Assembly: GCA_965233585.1 (NCBI GenBank)
Contig: CBDDTI010000747.1
Location: 800,001 to 864,000, forward strand
From: a bacterium
Lineage (GTDB): Bacteria; SAR324; NAC60-12
Reading direction: 5' to 3'
DNA: 64,000 nt
Positions 9,213 through 18,500 of this stretch are shown piece after piece. Position numbers and translations under genes: made by a program. The notes under the pieces are model-generated. The model did no database searches, was not told where the DNA came from, and saw only the letters and a list, made by a program, of their open reading frames with translations. The first letter of the stretch is position 1. Each line of letters begins with the position of its first letter.

Positions 9213-10667
9213 ATGAGAATCAATCATAACATTTCATCTCTCAACACACAGAGACAACTGAAGCAAAATTCTATTGCTCAGGCAAAAAACTTGGAGAAGT
9301 TATCTTCAGGATTAAAAATAAACCGTGCGGCTGATGGTCCTGCATCATTGGTGATTTCAGAAAAGATGAGGTCACAGATTGCAGGTTTAAGTCAAGCCAT
9401 TGACAACTCAGAATCTGGCGTTTCGTTGATTCAGACAGCAGAGGCAGCGCTTGATGAAGTGAGTCGGACTTTGATTTCTGCAAGGCAGGTGGCTGTTCAT
9501 GCGGCAAACGAAGCCGTCAATGACCCCAGCATGTTAGAGGCAGACCAGCAAGAAATAGATAACGTCTTAGATGCTGTTGACAGAATCTCTCAATACACTC
9601 AATTTGGAACAAAAAATCTGCTTGATGGAAGTCGTGGAGCAAGTGGAGTGGCAACAGGTGAAAATTTAGAGTTCGTCTCTGCAACAACTGACACCAACCC
9701 ATCACAAATCTCAGGCTATAAAGTGCAAATAGACCAAGCCTCAACACGTTCGCATTGGAAAGGGTCGGTTGCATTGACACAAGACATGATAGACAAAGGT
9801 GAGATCATCACCATCACAGAAAGTGGGAAAACAGTCAGCTATACCACAGAAAAAGGAGAAAGTGTTGAAAGTAACTTAAATACACTTGCCGCAAAAATGC
9901 GGGACGCAGGCTTAGATGTAGATCTTCTTAAAAATAACGAAGACAAGATAGAATTTAGGCACAAAAAATATGGTAGCGAACATGCCTTTTCTGTTGCCAG
10001 TTCTACCGCAGGTGTGCTTTCTAAAGTAGCGAATGTTCGTGAGGAATCCATCAGAGGTCAAGATGTGGCAGGTCGCATCAATGGAGAAGAAGCCACAGGT
10101 CGTGGACAAGTGTTGACAGGTAAGGACAGTAGCACAAATGTCAGGGGCTTGTCAGTGCTTTACACTGGAACAAAAGTGGACACAGCAACTGGTGAAGGTG
10201 GTGAAAAGACTTTTACAGGCACGGTGTCTGTTGCACAAAATTCATTGGTCTTTCAAATTGGGGGCAATGCAGGGCAACAAACAGGATTTTCATTGAGCAG
10301 TGTCAACACGAAAGACCTTGCCACAGGCATAGACAACCAATCTGCATTCAATTCATTGCGGGACATTGACGTCCGAACGGCTCAAGGTGCGCAAGATTCC
10401 ATCAGGTTGCTAGATGAGGCGTTGTCAAAAGTTGCCTCTACTCGTGGTGGTTTAGGTGCATTCCAGAAAAACAATTTGGAGAGTCAATTAAATTACTTAA
10501 GAATTGCCCACGAAAATTTGACCAATGCTGAATCTGTCTTGCGGGACGCAGACATGGCATCAGAAATGTCAGTGTTCACCAAAAATCAAATCATGGTTCA
10601 GTCTTCTACTGCCATGTTGGCACAAGCTAACCAAACTCCCAATTCTGTTTTACAGCTTCTTGCATAA
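9213..10667 (+). CDS. Flagellin 3 (close paralog of flagellin 2)
   Basis: Conserved flagellin N- and C-terminal domains. Confidence 0.95.
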   Translation: MRINHNISSLNTQRQLKQNSIAQAKNLEKLSSGLKINRAADGPASLVISEKMRSQIAGLSQAIDNSESGVSLIQTAEAALDEVSRTLISARQVAVHAANEAVNDPSMLEADQQEIDNVLDAVDRISQYTQFGTKNLLDGSRGASGVATGENLEFVSATTDTNPSQISGYKVQIDQASTRSHWKGSVALTQDMIDKGEIITITESGKTVSYTTEKGESVESNLNTLAAKMRDAGLDVDLLKNNEDKIEFRHKKYGSEHAFSVASSTAGVLSKVANVREESIRGQDVAGRINGEEATGRGQVLTGKDSSTNVRGLSVLYTGTKVDTATGEGGEKTFTGTVSVAQNSLVFQIGGNAGQQTGFSLSSVNTKDLATGIDNQSAFNSLRDIDVRTAQGAQDSIRLLDEALSKVASTRGGLGAFQKNNLESQLNYLRIAHENLTNAESVLRDADMASEMSVFTKNQIMVQSSTAMLAQANQTPNSVLQLLA

Positions 10668-10687
10668 GATTCCTTTGTAGTCTTAAT

Positions 10688-10714
10688 CGTGTCGTTTGTG
10701 AGAGAGACGGCACG
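10688..10714. terminator. Putative terminator hairpin between convergent genes
   Basis: CGTGTCGTTT...AGACGGCACG; no clear U tract. Confidence 0.4.
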
Positions 10715-10741
10715 GTTCCCTACAAAGATTTTCAACTGCTT

Positions 10742-11875
10742 TCAAAACTGCTTTTTCTTCCGCATCATCTCTTTCAAAAGCTCGGTGCATGCTTCAAGCG
10801 AATAGTGCTTTTCTACAAGAACACCCGCCTCCTTCACAAGTCGGTCTCTCACTTGTTGAGATTGCAAATTCTGTAATTGATTCACAAAGTCTTGAGGAGT
10901 GTTTGCAATAAGAAGATGTTGGGAATCAATCGCCTCAAGCCCTTCTGCTCCTAATGTTGTTGAAATGATTGGAGCTTTGTGCAACATTGCTTCTAAAATT
11001 TTCAACCTTGAACCACTTCCATCATGCAATGGAACAATCGCGGCGTACGCTTTTTGTAAATAAGGTGAGACACTCGGCACTGTGCCAGTTGCCTCAAGGT
11101 TTGGAAAAGATGAATACTTTTGCTTGATTCTTTCAGAGCCAACTCCTACCAGTTGCAAATCATAATCTTCATACAAACGAAGTTCCCACCAGACTTTTTC
11201 TAAAAACCAACTAATCCCTGCTGAATTTTGAAAATTTGTAAAATTACCACTCATCACAAGGCATCGTGAGTCAATGCTTGGGTTTTGTTCCATTTGATAG
11301 CGAAGAGGGTCAATGAAGTTAGGAATCACCCACGTCTGATGAGCAGGCACAACATGTTGATAATAACTTGCATCATTCTTTGAAACCACCACAAAGGCAT
11401 CAGCCTTTTGGAAATACGTTTTTTCATGCCATCTTTGCACCGCAAACAAAATCCATTTTTCCAGTTTTTTAAAAAATTTTTGATGTTTGGCAACTTGTAA
11501 GGTCAAATGTGATTCAGCATTGTGTGTCCCATAAATCACAAAGATTCCTTGCTTTTGAAACCAGTCAATGTATTGTCCGTAAAATTGATAATCAATGAAA
11601 ACGACATCTATTGGATTTGCTTGAAGAATAGACTGTAACAGTGCTGTCAACTTAGGGTGAAGCTGGTGGTAACGCCTCAAGGGTTTCATCTCTGACAAAA
11701 AGTCAAACGGAAAAAGAGAAATGTTGTCTTGTGGCGCTTCAGGCAAAGGTGATTGTAGAACAGCAGAGACTTTGCCAAAACTAGAAAGTGCTTGAATCAA
11801 CCCAGCGGCTCTCAGGTGTTCTCCACCTTGCGGGGGATAAGGCGAGATGTGGCTCATGTATAAAAAATGAGTCAT
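10742..11875 (-). CDS. Glycosyltransferase family 4 (GT-B)
   Basis: PYPPQGG N-terminus; PLHDGSGSRLKILEAM...ISTTLGAEG. Confidence 0.9.
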   Translation of the reverse strand: MTHFLYMSHISPYPPQGGEHLRAAGLIQALSSFGKVSAVLQSPLPEAPQDNISLFPFDFLSEMKPLRRYHQLHPKLTALLQSILQANPIDVVFIDYQFYGQYIDWFQKQGIFVIYGTHNAESHLTLQVAKHQKFFKKLEKWILFAVQRWHEKTYFQKADAFVVVSKNDASYYQHVVPAHQTWVIPNFIDPLRYQMEQNPSIDSRCLVMSGNFTNFQNSAGISWFLEKVWWELRLYEDYDLQLVGVGSERIKQKYSSFPNLEATGTVPSVSPYLQKAYAAIVPLHDGSGSRLKILEAMLHKAPIISTTLGAEGLEAIDSQHLLIANTPQDFVNQLQNLQSQQVRDRLVKEAGVLVEKHYSLEACTELLKEMMRKKKQF

Positions 11876-11887
11876 GCTTGCTGGACG

Positions 11888-12541
11888 TTAACGTTTGATG
11901 GCAATCGTTAATCCGTCTCCAACTGTGAGCAGTGAAAGGTCAACCCTTTCATCATCTAAAAGGGATGCATTGAATTTGCGAATGGCAACGGTGGCAGGGT
12001 CTTGTTGACTGGGGTCTGCTACTTGACCACTCCAAAGCGTGTTATCCACCAAACACAATCCGCCTTTTTTCAAAAGTTTTAAGCAACATTCATAGTAATT
12101 GGGTATGTTTTCTTTGTCTGCATCAATGAATGCAAAATCAAAACTTCCCGCTTCGTTTTTCAATAAACTTTGCAGAGACTCCAAAGCAGGGGCAAGTTTT
12201 AATTCAATCTTCTTTGCAACATCGGCTTTCTGCCAAAATTGCTTGGCTAGGTTGGTATATTGTTCACTGACATCACAAGTGATGACCTGCCCCTCATCAG
12301 GCATGGCTAAGGCGACTGTTGTTGAGCTGTAACCTGTAAAGCAACCAATTTCTATGGCTTTTCTTGCTCCTATCATCTTGACCAACAATGCCATCAACTG
12401 CCCTTGGTCTGGTGCAATCTGCATGTTGAGACTGAATTGTTTTTTGGTAGCTTCTCTAATTTCTTTGAGAACTTCATGCTCTCTCAAAGAATTGTCCAAA
12501 ATGTAATCATAAATTTTCTGCTCTACAAATCCCGTTTTCAT
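11888..12541 (-). CDS. SAM-dependent O-methyltransferase (CCoAOMT/COMT-like)
   Basis: EIGCFTGYS, FIDADK, VDNTLWSG, GDGL. Confidence 0.92.
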   Translation of the reverse strand: MKTGFVEQKIYDYILDNSLREHEVLKEIREATKKQFSLNMQIAPDQGQLMALLVKMIGARKAIEIGCFTGYSSTTVALAMPDEGQVITCDVSEQYTNLAKQFWQKADVAKKIELKLAPALESLQSLLKNEAGSFDFAFIDADKENIPNYYECCLKLLKKGGLCLVDNTLWSGQVADPSQQDPATVAIRKFNASLLDDERVDLSLLTVGDGLTIAIKR

Positions 12542-12637
12542 GTTTCACTCCTTTTTAATCGTACAAAATTGATTTTTTCATCATTCATATTTTTCAGCTT
12601 TTTGGTCAAAAAATGGCAAAAAATTGAGATAGCATGG

Positions 12638-13117
12638 TTAATCTTCAACTAAAATACAATCTTTCATTTCAGGACTGAATCCCTGAGGAAATAAAGTTTC
12701 TCTGTTGTATTTAGCTTGTTGTAGCTTTTGAAGTCTCGTTCCTATCCCCTCCTCAGACATTATCACTATTTCTGCTAAACTAGTACCTTTTAAGTTGGCA
12801 TTTGATAAATCTGCACCTTGCAAAATAGCACCTTTTAAGTTGGCATTTGATAAATCTGCACCTTGCAAAATAGCACCTTGTAAATTGGCATTTGATAAAT
12901 CCGTACCTTGTAAAATAGCACCTTGTAAATTGGCATTTGATAAATCCGCCCCTCGTAAATTGGCATATCTTAAATCTTTTCCTTGCAAGTCAACACCTTG
13001 TAAATCTTGATTTTCAAGATTATAACCTTGAAAACTTAAATTTTGGAAATGATCTCCATGAAATTTTCTCAGCATTTCAATCGCTTTTTTGCCATAGGTT
13101 AATCTTCTAGCGTGCAT
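12638..13117 (-). CDS. Pentapeptide repeat protein (possibly the C-terminal half of a split gene)
   Basis: ANLQG/AILQG/ADLSN repeats in 45-nt tandem units. Confidence 0.8.
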   Translation of the reverse strand: MHARRLTYGKKAIEMLRKFHGDHFQNLSFQGYNLENQDLQGVDLQGKDLRYANLRGADLSNANLQGAILQGTDLSNANLQGAILQGADLSNANLKGAILQGADLSNANLKGTSLAEIVIMSEEGIGTRLQKLQQAKYNRETLFPQGFSPEMKDCILVED

Positions 13118-13129
13118 TGAACCCTCTTT

Positions 13130-13564
13130 CTATTTTTTAGGTTGTGATTCTAATAGTTTTTGTAAAGTAAGACTCACAATTTTTTGTACTTTAGGATTTT
13201 CTGAATTAAAAAGAATTTCTAGTTGTGACACACCTAATTCTTTTGCAACCTCATTGTCTTCCAAAGCTAATTTTTGTGCATTGAGTAAGTGAGTTTGTTC
13301 TAAATTTTCTTCTGCTTTTTGAAGATGAGCTTGTGTGTCAGTATTTCTGAAAAACCAAAGCAAAGCTAGTAAAGGCAAAGGAGGAATGACTGTCAACAAG
13401 AATCTTTTCTCTATATCAAAATCGCACTTGTTTAACAAATTAGGAACCCATTTTAACATTATAAAATGAAGACCTCCAAATAAAACAGTTCCAAAAACAA
13501 AAGCGAATGACAATCCTAAAAAACGATAGTTTAGAATAAGTTCTTTGATAAATCCCGTTTTCAT
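13130..13564 (-). CDS. Two-TM membrane protein, in frame with the downstream pentapeptide ORF
   Basis: GAGGAG RBS before ATG 13564; two hydrophobic helices; single TAG at 13130-13132. Confidence 0.7.
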   Translation of the reverse strand: MKTGFIKELILNYRFLGLSFAFVFGTVLFGGLHFIMLKWVPNLLNKCDFDIEKRFLLTVIPPLPLLALLWFFRNTDTQAHLQKAEENLEQTHLLNAQKLALEDNEVAKELGVSQLEILFNSENPKVQKIVSLTLQKLLESQPKK

Positions 13565-13596
13565 GTTTGAGTCTCCTCGTGAGTTTGATGATAGTT

Positions 13597-14145
13597 TTAT
13601 TGAGTCACTAGTTGCCAGATTTGACTCAGCCAGTACCAAAGTAGGTTTAACACAGCAAAGATTTTTTGCAAAAGACTTTCTTGTGAGGTTTTTAGAGTAT
13701 TTTTGCAAAAATCAAAAGTTTTGGTTTGACCTTCGTAAGCAACAGCAAAGTTTTGAGCAATCATGGCTTGGTTTAAATTCTCACCATCTGCCCAAACTTC
13801 TGCCACAACTCTAAAATACTTGCCTCGCTGTGTATGGCGAAGTTCAATTTGTTCTGCTTCATTCAGTCTTTGATTGATCCAATTTTTCGCTTGTTTGGCA
13901 AGTGTTTTTTCTTGCTGACACTTCCCGCGAATTTCAGGGCTATCAATCCCTGCTAATCTCACAGGCAAACGTTTTCCCACCAAGTCATGCCACTGGGGAA
14001 TGTCAAAGTAGCAAGTGTCCCCATCATAGCACTCAAGAAACTCAACAGTCTTTAAGTTTCCATAAGTTTTTGACGCCTCCAATGACCCAGCCTTCCAGAA
14101 CACAAGCCAAGCCACCAAAAGGACACGAAGTAAGGCGAGCTTCAT
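13597..14145 (-). CDS. Thermonuclease (SNase) family, secreted
   Basis: YDGDT, VRLAGIDSPE, GKYFRVVAEV. Confidence 0.9.
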   Translation of the reverse strand: MKLALLRVLLVAWLVFWKAGSLEASKTYGNLKTVEFLECYDGDTCYFDIPQWHDLVGKRLPVRLAGIDSPEIRGKCQQEKTLAKQAKNWINQRLNEAEQIELRHTQRGKYFRVVAEVWADGENLNQAMIAQNFAVAYEGQTKTFDFCKNTLKTSQESLLQKIFAVLNLLWYWLSQIWQLVTQ

Positions 14146-15110
14146 GCGTTGAGTTTTTGGTCAAATGCCCACTCTCTGTCTATGAGTTCCATAATCGCTC
14201 GGGCTTGACACAGCACTCCGTCATCTTCTGGACTGGAAAGGGAAAGCTGCATGATTTGACCAAGTGTTTTTTTATTGATGATGTGGTCTCTCATGTTGTG
14301 AACAATTTGACTGATTCTTCTTTTTTGTGCCTCAACAATTTTGGCAATTTCTGTCTTTGCGTACAAAGCATGTTCATAATACTCACAAACTTTTTGGTAT
14401 TCTTGCCTCAATCCCTCACCATGCTCTTTTTGCATCAAATACTCACAATTTGCTTTGATTCTTTCTAGCTCTGATAGTTTTTCTTTGCTTGTGTTTTGGT
14501 AGCCTTGAAACTTTTCAAAATCTATCTCTGCTTCCTGAAGTTTTGCTTGATATTCTTTTCGTAACTCCTTGATTTCTTTGTCTTTTTCTAAAGGAGCAAT
14601 CATTTGATTCAGCATAGTCATAATTTGGGAAGAGAGGTTTGACATTTCTGTCTCACACTCTAAAATCTTCTTTTCCTGCTTATATCTGTTTTTACGATGG
14701 CGCAATTCATCTAACTGACTGTATTTGTCTTGTATGGCTAATGCTTGGTTTTCAAAGTTGATGGCTCTTTGTACTGCTTGCAAAGATTCTCCTAAAATCT
14801 GCCACTTTTCTGAAGACCCCATGAGTAAAAGAACATAAAAATCCAGTCTCGCTAGTCGTTGTGACTCTTTTTTAGCTTTGGATTTTTTGAAGAGTTTTTT
14901 AGTGAGGGTAACAAAACACAGAATGGAAACACCAAAAAGAGAGAGGATAATGATGATAGGTCTGCTTTCTTCATTCAAAATGGCTGTGATGACACCCGCG
15001 ATGACTAACAAAGTCAAACAACCCAAAATGCCTTCCCAGTTGTCAGCAATCCAACCCACAATCCCCAAAACAACTACTAGAATAATGAAGACAGTGATAA
15101 AGGTTGCCAT
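14142..15110 (-). CDS. Hypothetical membrane protein (3 TM helices plus long coiled coil); start uncertain
   Basis: ATGA overlap with the nuclease gene; hydrophobic N-terminus and E/K/Q-rich C-terminus. Confidence 0.75.
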   Translation of the reverse strand: MATFITVFIILVVVLGIVGWIADNWEGILGCLTLLVIAGVITAILNEESRPIIIILSLFGVSILCFVTLTKKLFKKSKAKKESQRLARLDFYVLLLMGSSEKWQILGESLQAVQRAINFENQALAIQDKYSQLDELRHRKNRYKQEKKILECETEMSNLSSQIMTMLNQMIAPLEKDKEIKELRKEYQAKLQEAEIDFEKFQGYQNTSKEKLSELERIKANCEYLMQKEHGEGLRQEYQKVCEYYEHALYAKTEIAKIVEAQKRRISQIVHNMRDHIINKKTLGQIMQLSLSSPEDDGVLCQARAIMELIDREWAFDQKLNA

Positions 15111-15349
15111 GAGTTGATTTGTAAGCGATAAAAAACCAAAACTCAAGGAGTCTAGTGAATTTTTTGAAAAAAGTCAATTTTAGCTGATGGTGCATCTTCT
15201 TAAGAAAACGATTGAATGAAATGAAATTATCGGTTGGTTTTTTTGGAAGAGCGAACTTGTGCAAGGAAAGTCCTTGAAAGACAGCACCCCACACAAGCCA
15301 GAGAAAGGTAAGAGTTGGCTTGGCTTTTCGTGATTCTGTGCGACCCTCC

Positions 15350-15548
15350 GTCATTGCGGGCTTGACCCGCAATCTCAAACGCCTTCTGTCATTCCGTGCC
15401 TGACACGGAATCTACCCTAAACAAGGCATGGATTCCTGCTTTCGCAGGAATGACAATAGTTGTCATTCCGTGCTTCTTTCCGTCATTCCGCACTTGATGC
15501 GGAATCTACCCTAAACAAGGCATGGATTCCTGCTTTCGCAGGAATGAC
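15350..15548. repeat. REP/dRS3-like palindrome cluster 1
   Basis: GTCATTGCGGGCTTGACCCGCAATCTC, GTCATTCCGTGCCTGACACGGAATCT, GGATTCCTGCTTTCGCAGGAATGAC x2, GTCATTCCGCACTTGATGCGGAATCT. Confidence 0.9.
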
Positions 15549-15596
15549 AAAGACATGCCTGCCATGACGAAAAAAAGCAAGCCAGAGAGAGTCAGC

Positions 15597-18500
15597 TTAG
15601 TTCTGCTCTGTGTAAAACCACTCTATTCCGTGATTTGAAAAATAGTTGCCAGAGGCACTATTAGCCAAGAAATAAAGTTTGTTGCCAACAACAGTGGGGT
15701 GAGTGATGTAGTCATTGGTTTGTTTGGTAAACCCATAACGTTTGAGGTCAGTTTCTTTAAAAACTTCCTTCGCACCCTCTTTCTTCACAAACACCTTAAA
15801 CTTGGTAATGACAAACAAGTAGTCTGCAGCACTATCACCTGAACCTGTGCTGACCACTGCCAAATTGCTACCACTATCAGCACCATAATCTACAACCTCT
15901 GCACTACCATCGGACGCGTCCACCTTGTACAATTTGTTGTCAATTAGCACATAGTAAGAATTACCCACTTTGGCTGCTTTGAATGCTGCAGACGCTTTCA
16001 CGGCACCATCATCATCTTTCACTTGAAAAGTGTTGTCTGTTGCACCTTGAGTCACAAAGAGCGTGTCAGCACTGCCTGCATCTTGTGAGATGAACAACAC
16101 ATCGCCAGCAACTGCAGGAAACTGTGGGTCAATAGACACATCATCTCCAGCATTAACATTCCCTTTGTTGTCTTTGATTTCTACTTCAGTAGCTAAAGCA
16201 TCATTAGCAACTGCAGTCAGTTTAGCACCACCAACCACAACAGCATATTTTCCAATAGCATGTATAGAAGCAGGAATACCGGGAGTACCAACTGCGGTGC
16301 CAGGAGCCGTAAAAGTACCATCAGCTTTCAGATAACTGATTAAGCTACTCTTTTGAGCAAATATTTTTGTACCTACTGCAGTCAATTTAGTAATACTACC
16401 TTGATTAGAACCTTTCACTGGTGCAATGGTGCCATTAGAAACTGCGAGCTTGTAAACATCGGTACCTGTTGCAAAATAAACGTCAGTGCCGTCTGTGGTG
16501 ATAGACGTGACAGTGTGCTTGCCAAGAATTTTAGTGCCTGCTTTTGTTCCGTCACTTTCCCAGAGGTAGTCACCACTGCCAAAATACAACTTGCCTCCAA
16601 CATGCACTGCTTGCTTATCAACGATGGTGGTGTGTTGTGGATTAAGGTCTCTTGCGACTTTGACACTTCCAACTGTGGCGTGACCAACAGCAATGGTTTG
16701 TCCAGCAAAGCCGTAGTTTGTGAGTCCTCCTGACGTTTGAGTGCTGGATTTGATATCACCATTAGAAAGACCAGCAATCACTCCTGTGACTTCTGTACTA
16801 GTCTTGGTACTAGCAAAATACATTTTGTTAGTTGTTGTATTTATTGTAAAGATACCATCTGTTGCTGGTGAGATTTCTCCATTATCTGTAATAGACAGCA
16901 CAGCACCATCAGCTCCAGAATCAGAAGAACCAAAGGCACTTCCTGCTTTCACTGCCAGCACTTTATTTGCTGATGCTTTAGTATCTGTATCAGCATCCTC
17001 GTTTACTGGATGGTAAAGATAATCTTTGACAACGACCGCAGCATCGGCTAGTAATTTTCCAAAATCACCAGCTTTCAGCACTTTACCAGCATCTTTAGAA
17101 CCAGTACTAAGACTGACAAGCAAATTAGCAACAGGGTTGCCTGTTGTAGTGTCTGCATTTTTTGTGGAATAGATACCATCAGCATTGACAATGAACGCTC
17201 CTTTCTCTGACCCTGAATCATAAGGAAGGATCCGACCAAGTTTTTCATTTGAGATGCTAAAAAGTCTTGCATTGGCATTTGCAGTTGGTGTACCGGTACC
17301 AAAGGCACTTCCTGCTTTCAAAATAAAAATGTTGTCAACAGCAGCTAGGGTTTGAGCATTACCTCCAGTGTCAGCAGGATAATACAGGACATCGCCAGAC
17401 ACTTGTGCCGCTTTAGTCAGTGCAGCAGTTGTAAAGTCAGCAGCTGTAACATTTCCTCCGCTAAAACCTGCATCTTTGCCATCGGTAACAGACAGGCGCA
17501 ACAAGGCAGAAGCGGGGCCTGTTGTAGTGTCTGCATTTTTTGTGGAATAGATACCAGCAGCTGCAAGAATGAACGCTCCTTTCTCTGACCCTGAATCATA
17601 AGGAAGAATGCGACCAAGATTGGCAATCGTCAACAATCTTGCATCGGCATTTGCAGTTGGTGCATTGGTACCAAAGGCTTCACCTGCTTTCAACACAAAA
17701 ATCGTGCCAACAGCAGCTAGGCTTTGGGTATTACCAGCAGTATCAGCAGGATAATACAGGACATCGCCAGACACTTGTGCCGCTTTAGTCAGTGCAGCAG
17801 TTGTAAAGTCAGCAGCTGTAACATTTCCTCCGCTAAAACCTGCATCTTTGCCATTGGCAACAGACAGGCGCAACAAGTTAGCAGTGGTATCAGTCTGGTC
17901 TTTCCCTGCAACGTCTTCGTTTTTTGTGGAATAGATTCCACCAGCTGCTGCAATGAAAACACCTTTTTCACTTGTGTTGGAATAAGGATAAATCGCACCA
18001 AGCGCTGCAGTTGTCAATACTCTTCTGTTCTTCCTGTCATTATCTGCAGCGGGAGCATTTGTTGTAAATGCGTGACCCAACTTCATCACTAACACATGAG
18101 TTACATCGGACAAACCTGGAGTTGTGGCATTGTCATTATCTAAAGGCCAGTAAAGGAAATCGCCAGACACTTTTGCAGCGCCTTGATAGTCAGAATCTGA
18201 AAAATCTAATTTAGTCAAAGTCAGACCTGCATCTAAATCAACGCCAGCATTGCCGGTACCAGAAGCAAGTTTGGTTGCAGTTGTGGCTGCATCGTCTTTC
18301 ACTGAATAAACAGCGCCAGCAGCGTTGCCAACAACAAAAATTCCATTATCTGCCACCCAAACATTGTCAGCAACAGCAATATCTTTAACCAACTCGGCTT
18401 GTTCAGTCGTTGTGTTGAAGTAGAAAACTCTCTTGACGTCACTGCCATCTGTTGCAACCAGATAGATTTTTCCACCTACTTTTGTTTTGTGAACAGAATC

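Larger units (their letters stand above)
12527..13568. repeat. 19-bp perfect direct repeat AAATCCCGTTTTCATGTTT at 12527-12545 and 13550-13568
   Basis: Both copies cover the ATG and first codons (MKTGF) of two different genes. Confidence 0.85.

Noticed and set aside
15294..15588. 11-bp direct repeat CAAGCCAGAGA flanking palindrome cluster 1 as a target-site duplication
   Set aside because: Short, not flush with the cluster ends, and part of terminator-like hairpins
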